Below are positions 35,816 to 48,005 of a DNA stretch of 64,000 bases, piece by piece. Within the stretch, counting starts at the first letter, position 1, and each line of letters starts with the position of its first letter. Source of the stretch: Macrostomum hystrix. Its lineage: Eukaryota; Animalia; Platyhelminthes. Below the pieces are notes generated by a model. It saw only the letters and a program-made list of their open reading frames with translations, had not been told where the DNA came from and ran no database searches. The stretch is taken from positions 9,610,001 to 9,674,000 of the forward strand of contig CATNEN010000001.1 in NCBI GenBank assembly GCA_950097015.1. The letters are read 5' to 3'. The translations under genes and the position numbers were made by a program.

Positions 35816-38800
35816 TAGGATTAGGATCTAATCTTTGAGGATTAGGATCTAATCTTTGACGATTAGGATCTAATCTTTGAGGGTTAGCATCTAATCTTTG
35901 AGGGTTAGGATCTAATCTTTGAGGGTTAGGATCTAATCTTTGAGGGTTAGGATCTAATCTTTGAGGGTTAGGATCTAATCTTTGAGGATTAGGATCTAAT
36001 CTTTGAGAGTTAGGATCTAATCTTTGAGGATTAGGATCTAATCTTTGAGGATTAGGATCTAATCTTTGAGAGTTAGGATCTAATCTTTGAGGATTAGGAT
36101 CTAATCTTTGAGGGTTAGGATCTAATCTTTGAGGGTTAGGATCTAATCTTTGAGGGTTAGGATCTAATCTTTGAGGATTAGGATCTAATCTTTGAGAGTT
36201 AGGATCTAATCTTTGAGGATTAGGATCTAATCTTTGAGGATTAGGATCTAATCTTTGAGGTTTAGGATCTAATCTTTGAGAGTTAGGATCTAATCTTTGA
36301 GGGTTAGGATCTAATCTTTGAGGATTAGGATCTAATCTTTGAGGATTAGGATCTAATCTTTGAGGTTTAGGATCTAATCTTTGAGAGTTAGGATCTAATC
36401 TTTGAGGGTTAGGATCTAATCTTTGAGCATTAGGATCTAATCTTTGAGGATTAGGATCTAATCTTTGAGGATTAGGATCTAATCTTTGAGGGTTAGGATC
36501 TAATCTTTGAGGGTTAGGATCTAATCTTTGAGGGTTAGGATCTAATCTTTGAGGGTTAGGATCTAATCTTTGAGGGTTAGGATCTAATCTTTGAGAGTTA
36601 GGATCTAATCTATGAGGATTAGGATCTAATCTTTGAGGATTAGGATCTAATCTTTGAGGATTAGGATCTAATCTTTGAGGTTTAGGATCTAATCTTTGAG
36701 AGTTAGGATCTAATCTTTGAGGGTTAGGATCTAATCTTTGAGCATTAGGATCTAATCTTTGAGGATTAGGATCTAATCTTTGAGGATTAGGATCTAATCT
36801 TTGAGGGTTAGGATCTAATCTTTGAGGGTTAGGATCTAATCTTTGAGGGTTAGGATCTAATCTTTGAGGGTTAGGATCTAATCTTTGAGGGTTAGGATCT
36901 AATCTTTGAGGGTTAGGATCTAATCTTTGAGGATTAGGATCTAATCTTTGAGAGTTAGGATCTAATCTTTGAGGATTAGGATCTAATCTTTGAGGATTAG
37001 GATCTAATCTTTGAGAGTTAGGATCTAATCTTTGAGGGTTAGGATCTAATCTTTGAGGGTTAGGATCTAATCTTTGAGGATTAGGATCTAATCTTTGAGA
37101 GTTAGGATCTAATCTTTGAGGATTAGGATCTAATCTTTGAGGATTAGGATCTAATCTTTGAGGTTTAGGATCTAATCTTTGAGAGTTAGGATCTAATCTT
37201 TGAGGGTTAGGATCTAATCTTTGAGGATTAGGATCTAATCTTTGAGGATTAGGATCTAATCTTTGAGGTTTAGGATCTAATCTTTGAGAGTTAGGATCTA
37301 ATCTTTGAGAGTTAGGATCTAATCTTTGAGGGTTAGGATCTAATCTTTGAGGGTTAGGATCTAATCTTTGAGGGTTAGGATCTAATCTTTGAGGGTTAGG
37401 ATCTAATCTTTGAGGGTTAGGATCTAATCTTTGAGAGTTAGGATCTAATCTATGAGGATTAGGATCTAATCTTTGAGGATTAGGATCTAATCTTTGAGGT
37501 TTAGGATCTAATCTTTGAGAGTTAGGATCTAATCTTTGAGGGTTAGGATCTAATCTTTGAGCATTAGGATCTAATCTTTGAGGATTAGGATCTAATCTTT
37601 GAGGATTAGGATCTAATCTTTGAGGGTTAGGATCTAATCTTTGAGGGTTAGGATCTAATCTTTGAGGGTTAGGATCTAATCTTTGAGGGTTAGGATCTAA
37701 TCTTTGAGGGTTAGGATCTAATCTTTGAGGGTTAGGATCTAATCTTTGAGGATTAGGATCTAATCTTTGAGAGTTAGGATCTAATCTTTGAGGATTAGGA
37801 TCTAATCTTTGAGGATTAGGATCTAATCTTTGAGAGTTTAGGATCTAATCTTTGAGGAGTTAGGATCTAATCTTTGAGGGTTAGGATCTAATCTTTGAGG
37901 ATTAGGATCTAATCTTTGAGATTAGGATCTAATCTTTGAGGTTTAGGATCTAATCTTTGAGAGTTAGGATCTAATCTTTGAGGGTTAGGATCTAATCTTT
38001 GAGCTTAGGATCTAATCTTTGAGGATTAGGATCTAATCTTTGAGGATTAGGATCTAATCTTGAGGGTTAGGATCTAATCTTTGAGGGTTAGGATCTAATC
38101 TTTGAGGGTTAGGATCTAATCTTTGAGGGTTAGGATCTAATCTTTGAGGGTTAGGATCTAATCTTTGAGGGTTAGGATCTAATCTTGAGGATAGGATCTA
38201 ATCTTTGAGAGTTAGGATCTAATCTTTGAGGGATTAGGATCTAATCTTTGAGGATTAGGATCTAATCTTTGAGAGTTAGGATCTAATCTTTGAGGATTAG
38301 GATCTAATCTTTGAGGGTTAGGATCTAATCTTTGAGGATTAAGATCTAATCTTTGAGAGTTAGGATCTAATCTTTAAGGTTTAGGATCTAATCTTTGAGG
38401 ATTAGGATCTAATCTTTGAGGTTTAGGATCTAATCTTTGAGGATTAGGATCTAATCTTTGAGGATTAGGATCTAATCTTTGAGGATTAGGATCTAATCTT
38501 TGAGGATTAGGATCTAATCTTTGAGGTTTAGGATCTAATCTTTGAGGTTTAGGATCTAATCTTTGAGGATTAGGATCTAATCTTTGAGGGTTAGGATCTA
38601 ATCTTTGAGGATTAGGATCTAATCTTTGAGGTTTAGGATCTAATCTTTGAGGATTAGGATCTAATCTTTGAGGATTAGGATCTAATCTTTGAGGATTAGG
38701 ATCTAATCTTTGAGGTTTAGGATCTTATCTTTAAGGTTTAGGATCTAATCTTTGAGGGTTAGGATCTGATTTTTGAGGTTTAGGATCTAATCTTTGAGGG

Positions 38801-39443
38801 TTAGGATCTAATCTTTGAGGGTTAGGATCTAATTTTTGAGGATTAGGATCTAATCTTTGAGGATTAGGATCTAATCTTTGAGGTTTAGGATCTTATCTTT
38901 GAGGTTTAGGATCTAATCTTTGAGGATTAGGATCTAATCTTTGAGGATTAGGATCTAATCTTTGAGGATTAGGATCTAATCTTTGAGGATTAGGATCTAA
39001 TCTTTGAGGATAAGGATCTAATCTTTGAGGATTAGGATCTAATCTTTGAGGATTAGGATCTAATCTTTGAGGTTTAGGATCTAATCTTTGAGGATTAGGA
39101 TCTAATCTTTGAGGATTAGGATCTAATCTTTGAGGATTAGGATCTAATCTTTGAGGATTAGGATCTAATCTTTGAGGTTTAGGATCTAATCTTTGACGTT
39201 TAGAATCTAATCTTTGAGGGTTAGGATCTAATCTTTGAGGATTAGGATCTAATCTTTGAGGATTAGGATCTAATCTTTCAGGATTAGGATCTAATCTTTG
39301 AGGATTAGGATCTAATCTTTGAGAGTTAGGATCTTATCTTTGAGGATTAGGATCTAATATTTGAGGATAAGGATCTAATCTTTGAGGATTAGGATCTTAT
39401 CTTTGAGGATTAGGATCTAATCTTTGAGGATTAGGATCTAATC
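35816..39443. repeat. 21-bp minisatellite (ttaggatctaatctttgagNN), ~170 copies
   Basis: 3.6-kb array with an internal inverted repeat GATTAG-gat-CTAATC. Confidence 0.95.
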
Positions 39444-40019
39444 GGCAAATCAGTCTCGATTAGGAGATAGCATTTTAGGTTTGTTGTCAGAACTGTTGTC
39501 AGAACTGTTGTCAGAACTGTTGTCAGAACTGTTGTCAGAAGAAGCAAAATTAACTCTGAGCAATATTTGATTCTAAAATAAAGTTTAGAAAATGATAAAA
39601 TCAGAGCTAAAAACCGAGTAGAGCATCAGACTAGCTGTGTACACATAGTGACGACAATTTTTAACAAAATAAGAAAGATCACAAATAATATGAATTGAAA
39701 TCTTACATGTGAAATGAATAGATAATGTATTTCATTTAGTTCATAGTGCTCACAATAATTACAAATCACTTCGGACTCAAATAATCTATAAAAGTAATTT
39801 AGCTAACAAAAAACCTAACACACGTGGAAAAAAAGACAATATGTTTTGTTGCCAAGGTGATCAAGCAGAAGTTAGACGAATGCAGCCAAAGTTTACATGT
39901 TTTTTCGACTGTCTGAAAAAGTTATAAGGAGAAAGTTAAAAGCTTCTATTATAGGAAGAAAGATGTGATATATTTCCCAGTACTTATTTCTAGTAAAGTA
40001 CGCTCGTAAATATAAAATT

Positions 40020-40990
40020 TTCTTAGAAAATGTAATTGACGTCTAAAAAGTTTTTTACAACACAACAAATTAAATTCTTGAATGTTTCTTAGAAAATCAA
40101 ATCTGACTTCCAATAGGTTTCTAGAAAATCGATTTTGACCTCCAATATTTTTTTAGAAAGTAAAATTTGCCCTTCAAGATGTTTTTTTAGAAAATCCAAA
40201 TTGACGTCCAATATGTTTCTTGGAAAGTAAAATTTGCCCTTCAATATTTTTCTTAGAAAATCCAATTCGACCTCTAAGATGTTTTTAGAAAATCAAATTT
40301 GCCCTCCAAGATGTTTCTTAGAAAATCAAATTTGACCTCCAATATTTTCTTAGAAAATCCTTTTTGACCTCCAAGATGTTTTTTAGAAAGTAAAATTTGT
40401 CCTTCAAAATTTTTTTATAAAGTAAATTAAGCTTAATAAAAATACGTGTATAACTGTCCCCATATTAGGCATCTTTTGGTGAAAATCGGTTGAGCCGTTC
40501 GTGAGAAAATAAATTACAAGCAAGCAAGCAACCAACCATTTTATTTTAAGTATATTAGAATTCGCCCTCCAAGATGTTTTTTAGAAAATCCAATTCGACC
40601 TCAAAGATGTTTTTTTGAAAATCAAATTTGCCCTTTAAGATGTTTCTTATAAAATCAAATTTGACCACTAAGATGTTTCTTAGAAAATCCGATTTGACTT
40701 ACTTGGTTTTTCTTAGAAAATCCAATTTGACCTACTTGATGTTTCTTAGAAAATCCGATTTGACCTACTTGGTGTTTCTTAGAAAATCAAATTTGAGCTA
40801 CTAGATTTTTCGTAGAAAATCCAATTTGCCCTTCAAGATGTTTCGTAGAAAATCCAATGTGATATACTAGATGTTTCTTAGAAAATCCAATGTGATATAC
40901 TAGATGTTTCTTAGAAAATCCAATTTAACCTACTATATGTTTCTGAGGAATCCGAAATGACCGTTTGTGTGTTTCTCAGAAAATCTTATC
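40020..40990. repeat. Degenerate 33-bp minisatellite (aagatgtttcttagaaaatcaaatttgacctcc)
   Basis: ttagaaaatc recurs at 33-bp spacing (e.g. ~40680, 40713, 40746, 40779). Confidence 0.8.
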
Positions 40991-41178
40991 CAATCTAATC
41001 TAACCCAAATCTAATGTTTCTTAGAAAGTTTTGTTAAATCTACAATTTTTTAAATTCGAAATTATTCTTTCAGATGAATGTTTTCTAGAAACTTTAATTG
41101 ATTTAAAACATATTTTTGTTCCGTTGTAGCAATATTAGGGAAATTTAAAAACTTTTTTTAAAAAATGAACTCAAGAAA

Positions 41179-42396
41179 CTACTCACCGGTGTTTCTACTG
41201 TTGGCACCGGCTTGCATCATCATTCGCTCCAGTCGGTGCTTCCTGCTTTTGGACTCGCCGTCGGCGTTGGCGTCCTCGCCAGCTTCTCGGGATCCCTTTG
41301 TTAGCGAGTCGAACAGGAATAGCAGGAGGGAAATGCCTGCGGGTTTGTCCGGGTCGGGGAAATGGGATTATTGGTTTTATCTGGTCATTTTAAGTTCGTT
41401 GGCATCGGTTTTCATAATGTCAACACATTAGGGGTCACATAAGTATAATATAACATAGGGGGGTCTGGCAGATAACTCAAACAGGGGGTCAAATGACACT
41501 AATGTGAAGACAGGAGTCAAATGAATATGAAGTCAAATGACACTAATGAAAGAGTGGGAGTCAAATGACACTAATGAAAGAGTGGGGGTCAAATGACACT
41601 AATGAAAGAGTGGGGGTCAAATGACACTAATGAAAGAGTGGGGGTCAAATGACACTAAATGTGAAGAGAGGGGGTCAAATGACACTAATGTGAAGAGAGG
41701 GGGTCAAATGACACTAATATAAAGAGTGGGGGGTCAAATGACACTAATGAAAGAGAGGGGGTCAAATGACACTAAAATATTAAGACAGGGGGGTCAAATG
41801 ACACTAAAATATTAAGACAGGGGTGTCAAATGAAACTAAAATATTAAGACAGGGGGGTCAAATGACACTAAAATATTAAGACAGGGGGGTCAAATGATAC
41901 TAAAATATTAAGACAGGGGGGTCAAATGACACTAAAATATTAAGACAGGGGGGTCAAATGACACTAAAATATTAAGACAGGGGGGTCAAATGATACTAAG
42001 ACATCAAGACAGGGGGTTCAGCAATAGTCCACAAAGAAACTCACCAGCAATGAAACAGGGCGATATAACACCGAAAGTCCACTGGCTGCTACCCCAGACG
42101 TAGATCTCGCTGAGAAAATGGCCAACAGTTAACAAGAAAGTGGTGATTGTGAGCAGGCGCAGGCACGACTCGTCCGGATTAGCACAGAAGACCAGACGAA
42201 CCAGTCCGCAGAATGTGGTCCACAATGCGAATTGTCTGGATGCCAATCTAGTTACAGCTTGCGGATCGCCTGTATAGACATTTCTAGCCAGCAGGTCGGG
42301 GTTCCAAATGGCCTGGACACCGTTAATCACTGAGATTAGACCAATGGCTCCGATCCAGCCGCGTAGATAGTCGGAGAAGTTTAATAATTTTAGCAT
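41179..42396 (-). CDS. ERG28: Ergosterol biosynthesis 28 homolog; exons 42396-42045 and 41336-41179 (or spliced onward at 41187)
   Basis: LRGWIGAIGLISVINGVQ, VTRLASRQFALWT...VRL, TFLLTVGHFLSEIYVWGS, SPCFIAG are ERG28-like. Phase-1 donor G|GTGAGT and acceptor CGCAG|GC. The 3' end is ambiguous: stop TAG at 41181-41179 overlaps a strong donor G|GTGAGT. Confidence 0.85.
41480..42015. repeat. ~28-32-bp minisatellite (ggggtcaaatgacactaa...), ERG28 intron 1
   Basis: Tandem array with gradually changing unit. Confidence 0.85.
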
Positions 42397-43527
42397 TACT
42401 GAAATTCTGAAATATTTTTAATTTGCAGCAAATTTGCACATCTAAATAATTTTTCTAGATAAAAAATTCAACTTCCTAGAATTTTCCCTAAATCCCTTCT
42501 TTCCACAAGATTTCCCGATATTTTCCTTAAAAATCGTTTTCCTGACATAACTTCCCCATTGCCGACTCTTTCCAGGAAACTTGGCCTTTCACAACATTTT
42601 CCAGGAAACTTCGCCCTTCCTAACATTTTCCAAGAAACTTTGCTTTTCCCAACATTTTCAAGGAAAATTTCCATTCCACAAAATTCTGCACGAAACTTCC
42701 CCATAGCCGACATTTTCCAGGAAAGTTATTATTTCCCGATATTTTCCTTAAAAATCGTTTTCTTGACATTCTTGACTTGACATCTTCCACAATGCCGCCT
42801 TTTTCCAGGAAACTTTCTCTTTGCCGACATTTTCCATGAAACTTCGCCTTCCAAACACTTTCCAGGAAATTTCGCATTTCCTCAGAAACTTTCCGTTCGT
42901 GAAATTTTCCACAAAACTTATTTTTTCCCCTACATATTCGCCCTATGTCCCATTTCTCTACATTTTTTCTAAACATTCAAAAACAAAACATTTGTTAGCA
43001 AAACACCACTTTAAATTTCTTCAAGTCAAATGTAGATAAAGAAAATAACAAGCCAAATGGCAATGCGAACAATTTTCGCAAACAATCTGTCACCTTACTA
43101 AAATATTGCAGCGTAAGACAAGAATGTGCATAATGAGTATATTTAATTATTTATTTGATCGACTTGTTTTAACTAGCACTTTTCATTAAAATCTATGAAT
43201 ATTCGTTGGTTTCTACTATGTCAGTAGGTTAATAAGCACACGACTATCATAAAAAGGAAGTATAGTCAGCAGACGACTAATTTGAATGACTGTAGCCAGT
43301 TAAGATAAATTTGGATTTAAAACAATTTAAAAACAACGATTGTCTTAATCAATTGATGAGAAGCCACTCTTACTAACCAACGTTTTACTCGCCAAATTAT
43401 TCAACTTAGCATTTTTAGAGTCTAACGCATTAGGATTATTAACAGGTTTGCATAACATAACATATATTCCTACATTAGTATGATTTTGAAAATACGATCT
43501 TTCATAGAGGAGTTTAAACTGGCGCCA

Positions 43528-43980
43528 TCAACTCCTGGCCAATCGGGCGATGCCAAATGCAACACCAACACTCAGGGCTGCTGCCCCGCCAATCAGAGCC
43601 AGGCCCAGCAGGCCTTCTCTGCGCCGTTCGGCTTCTATGTCAACGCGAAGTCGTTGAGCTTGCACATTAGAGGGTTCAACTTTAAGAATGCCGTCAATGT
43701 AAGTTAGTGCGTCGTCATAATCTTTTAGTCTGGCTTTGGCTATAGACAGATAATATAGGCAGTCCCGTCTAGCCACCTCGTCTGATGTCTGCCTGTACAA
43801 TGTCTCCAAGAGTTGACAGGCCTGACGAAGGCAGCGATCGTCGCGAGTTCGAGTCAGTGCAGCCGCGTAGGCTAACTGGGTTGGAGTAGATACTGAATGA
43901 CCACTGCGAAATTCGCGTTCAAATAGATCGCGACTGCGTTTGAGTTCCTCTGGTGAAATTTTGTCTTGAAGAGCATTCAT
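43528..43980 (-). CDS. FIS1: Mitochondrial fission protein FIS1, intronless CDS, 150 aa
   Basis: TQLAYAAALTR, RRDCLYYLSIAKARLKDYDDAL, EPSNVQAQRL, EGLLGLALIGG plus a C-terminal TM with basic tail. Confidence 0.93.
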   Translation of the reverse strand: MNALQDKISPEELKRSRDLFEREFRSGHSVSTPTQLAYAAALTRTRDDRCLRQACQLLETLYRQTSDEVARRDCLYYLSIAKARLKDYDDALTYIDGILKVEPSNVQAQRLRVDIEAERRREGLLGLALIGGAAALSVGVAFGIARLARS

Positions 43981-44091
43981 AGCTGCTGCAATTAAGGCAG
44001 CGATTTAAGTTAAACACCTTAATTAACTCAAGCTAGCTTTTAGTAGTATTGCAAACTATACCCAAGAACTGTACTCTCTTTTGATTACAGT

Positions 44092-44278
44092 TGGCAGCAG
44101 AGCCGCAGCTATTGCATGGCGCATCTGAAAACTGCGTATGGCTGTTTAGTCCATGGACTGGAAAGACGCCACACCCACCCTCAATTTCCCCAGCTAATGC
44201 TGGTACCCATTTAACAACTGGGTGAAATGAGCAATGCAGAGTTAATTGTTTAACACTCTAACCAGTCCTACAACCCCA
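44092..44278 (-). mobile_element. CORE-type SINE family B copy (internally deleted)
   Basis: gccgcagctattgc...gcatctgaa..ctgcgtatggctgtt.agtccatgga...ggtacccatttaaca matches 765-990. Confidence 0.65.
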
Positions 44279-44939
44279 TAATTTATGAAGGTAACAACTT
44301 TCATAAATGATTGAGAATGCTATGAGTGAAATACTGTTTAGAATTAATTAAAACAGTTTGGTAAAAAGAACCTACAGGTGGACCTGCTTAACAGTAGAGC
44401 TATCAAGGGAGGGGGGAGAAATCCCCCCTCTGACAATTTTTTTGCTGCACCCGAACGGAACAATGCAAGCACACGAAACTCAAGAACACGGGCCAACTTT
44501 TTGTTGCGCATCTTCTGAAACAAGAAACAAGTCGCCAGCTCTTCAGACCGTCGAGATATTCAATGTTTCTGGCCGAAGGTCCGATTTTTCCCATAAGAGC
44601 TAGTGTATTTCATACACCCCTATACACGAATTTGCACTGCGCCTCAGTGCGGCCTTTCCAGACCTTCAAAATTTATCAGCATGTCACCCGAATGTGCCTG
44701 CATCATCTCCGACTTCGGCGGTCACCGACCTTTATCTAGATCTATCTCTCTTATCTATCTAGACCTTCAAGAGCTACAACAGGTGGAACTAGGCCACTAT
44801 GGACACCCTGACGCGAATTTCTCCAATTTCACTGTTCAAGCCTAACTATTAGGCGCAGCTCAACCACAGGACACCCTCGACTAGTCTGTCAACCAATCAG
44901 TCACCCCCAAAGCATTCAGCTTTTTAGTTCCTCACTAAA

Positions 44940-45965
44940 CTAAAAAGCTTCCTTTTCTTGATATGGAAGTTGATTGTTCGGGCCAGCAACCTACCACTAG
45001 GGTGTTTTGCAAACCCACGTTTACTGGCTCAATGCTGAATTTCAATGCACTTTGCCCAACCCAATGGAAATCTGGTCTGGTTTGGTGTTTGCTTCACAGG
45101 GCTTATGTTGTTTGCAGTTCTTGGTCACTGTTCCATCAGTAAGTCATTTCTCTGACTAGAATCTTTAAATCGAATGGCTATCCATTTGAGTTTGTTAGCC
45201 ATATTTTTAACCAGTTTGTTTCTGAAAAAGTGTCCTGCTTGCAACATGGGAAAGGTTTGGAGAGGGACTCTTCAGTCTCACTGATGATTTTACCATTTCT
45301 TGGATCCGCTTCGATTGATTTTAAAAAGAAGTTAGAAAAGAGGTTGTTTATACTGCTCAATTGCAAAATTAGAGTTGTGATCAGGACTGAAAAGATGGCG
45401 CGCTACGCAAGCAGGGTCAAATCTAGTGTTCCTCTCCCTCTTAAGGCTGTTGTCGCCTATCAATTTCAATGCTCTGTTGATCAGGGTATTTCCTATATCG
45501 GAAAAACGAAATGGCATCTGCACAAAAGGGTGAGGGAGCACTGGCTTGCGTCTTCGGCCATTAAAGACCACCTATTTGTGTGCAAGGCGTGTTATGACTG
45601 TGAGCCTATGCAGTTGTTCAAAGTGATGGATGGATGTAACAACGATAAAAAACTAAAATTGTTGGAAGCTATGTACATTAGGAAGTACAACCCTAGTTTG
45701 AATGTTCAGCTTGTGAGTAAGGGTATGGAGCAGCAACTCAGAAATTTTTTTCTCATTGTGCACTGTGGTGAGGTGGATGCACCCTCTTCACTGATTGGTT
45801 CGTTGTTATAAAAGTTTACAGCATGTACATGTTTCTTCGTTCTTTCTGTTTGTTTTTGTTCACTCAATATTTTTTTGATTCAATTTAAATACATTTTCGG
45901 TTGTGTTTTTCGTTGGTTTGTTTGTCCTGAAGATCTCCGCTTTGGACGAAACATGGTGGCAGTTT
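44940..45965 (+). mobile_element. Penelope-like retroelement remnant (RT thumb + GIY-YIG endonuclease + 3' hammerhead-like motif)
   Basis: KLPFLDMEV...KPTFTG...LLHRAYVVCSS...* (stop 45140)...NGYP, then VVAYQFQCS...YIGKTKWHLHKRVREH...SAIKDH...LLEAMYIRKYNPSLN, all in one frame. Confidence 0.88.
45922..45962 (+). ncRNA. Degenerate minimal type-I hammerhead ribozyme motif of the Penelope element
   Basis: TTGTC-CTGAAGA-(T)CTCC-GCTTT-GGAC-GAAA-CATG-GT-GGCAG. Both core boxes are present and stem I pairs; the UH site and the first stem II pair are mutated. Confidence 0.6.
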
Positions 45966-46618
45966 AAATAGAATCAATGTTTGTTTTGACGTTTGCTTTT
46001 TTGCTACTTTTAAAGCGAGCTACATTACCACAATAATAAATAAAATTAATAAATTTTACTTTTTGTAACACTAATTTAAAAGGAAGCAGAAAATTTTTGG
46101 CACAGCTCCATGTGAATAAAATTGAAATTATTGGCACGGGACCATGGGAAAAAGCTCTGCCAATTTAAAAAGATAGTTTGAATAACTAAATTTTGTTTTT
46201 TAGGCCAACCATTTTTAGCATAAAAAATTGTAAACAGCTTAGCCATGTTTAAATAAATTGAAAACAAATATTTATATGTGGCGGGTAGCACACTCTACCC
46301 CAAACAACTGGCCTCAGACATCACACCACTGTCTGGGTAGATGTGTCACCCCTGCTTGTGCAGTTGCATTGGTTTGCAATCCTCAGTGGGGTTGGGGACA
46401 TGGAGAAGTCCAGCTGGCCTTTATAAGGCTCTTTGTCTTGGGCATAGAGCCTTCACCCCTTTTTGCGAACTCAAATAAACAGCCAACCAACTCGGCAACC
46501 CGCTACATAGGGTGTTTATATATGAAATGCGTGCATATATATATATATATATATATATGATAATATTAGAACAATTAAATACTATGTAAAGCATTTTCTA
46601 AGTTATTTAGAAGCTATG

Positions 46619-46667
<49 letters not shown>

Positions 46668-47254
46668 TGTACACTCAAGAACACAACAGATCAATAATAT
46701 CCACCAAGACTTACATAGTTAAGATGATGAGATAAGGATAGCTAGGTTATAAGTTTTTATTTAATAGCTTGGGGAATAAATTCATGTAGCTAGCTTTGGA
46801 TTAGCTGAACAAAAGTCGAAGAGAGTTTTCATTTTTTCTTAAAGCAGTGAAATTATTAATAAAATGTATGAGTGCTTCACATTATTGCATAATTTATTTA
46901 CTGACTGGTTTCTTCTTAACGACATATAAACACATAATATAAACGACAATAAAAGCAGCATAACTAGCTATGCGGTAATCCAATCTAAGCTAGATGTATA
47001 TTCATATACGAAAACGACAAGAATCACATTTATCTGTTACATTACATTACGTTACAACACATATGTAGTCCTAATGTAATTGTAACAGATTGGAAAAATA
47101 TGTGTGTAAAATCTAGAAGTAAAACAGTCACAGTTCATGGTACACGTAATGTTGTATTTTCATTTGGATGCAAATAATTAAGCCACGCAGCCTCACCGAC
47201 TGAGTGTGGGACTGACTGTCAGTGACTGTTTGGTTGGTCCGTTTTCGTTAAAAG

Positions 47255-47306
47255 CAAGGACCACTAGAAGAAGATATAGTGGTCCTTCTTCTTCTAGTGG
47301 TCCTTG
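47255..47306. mobile_element. 52-bp mini TIR element (P/hAT type) with 19-bp TIRs and 8-bp TSD
   Basis: CAAGGACCACTAGAAGAAG...CTTCTTCTAGTGGTCCTTG flanked by GTTAAAAG at 47247-47254 and 47307-47314. Confidence 0.8.
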
Positions 47307-48005
47307 GTTAAAAGTCGCCTTTTAAATTAGTACGAAGAGTAATCTCGCAAAATACGTTTTTGCAACTACTAAATACAACAAATTAAGATAGTAAAGTAAG
47401 ATAAGTAAAAAGAAAAAAAATGTAAATGTATGAAAAAATTTATGAAAAACTTTATTGTAGCAAAAATTCAATATCAACTACACCAGAAATTGGTGATGAA
47501 GATTTTTCGGTTCTGGTGGATTTCTTACTTGCCCCACCATTTTCCTGCTGTCCAGATTTACCAATCACAACAAAATATATTATGTTCTATCTATAATCTG
47601 TGGTTTTTACCGCAGTGCTTTTCCCTCGAAGGAATCGACCGCCGAGCTTTGTTGCTTTTAGGCTAGAAAATCGTCATTAACAATTGCCATTTAACTTGAC
47701 ATTAACATGATCATTAACATTAATTTAAAAAAATCACTGGCAGCCCACCAGTTACCAGTATTGGTAATTCATATTTCAGATATATGGATAATCATTGCAG
47801 CCAATTTTTATAGCCCAATGGTTGAGCTTTGGGCAAATTCTGACAGAGGCTGGGATCTCGTTAACCATAGACAAAACCAGTTGTAACTAGCGTTCTCAGT
47901 TGAGTGTTTGTGTTTAAATCTAACGCTAGTGATTACAGGTATATATAACCGTAAGTTAGAAAAATCATGCAAAAACTTGTTAATCTTTTGAAAGCTTGAA
48001 GCACT

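Noticed and set aside
35816-39443. Telomere or interstitial telomeric array
   Set aside because: Only isolated GGGTTAGG words inside a 21-bp unit; no (TTAGGG)n runs.
44600-44900. Possible APE endonuclease remnant (IISDFGGH, TLD)
   Set aside because: Motifs are too short and degenerate to support a call.
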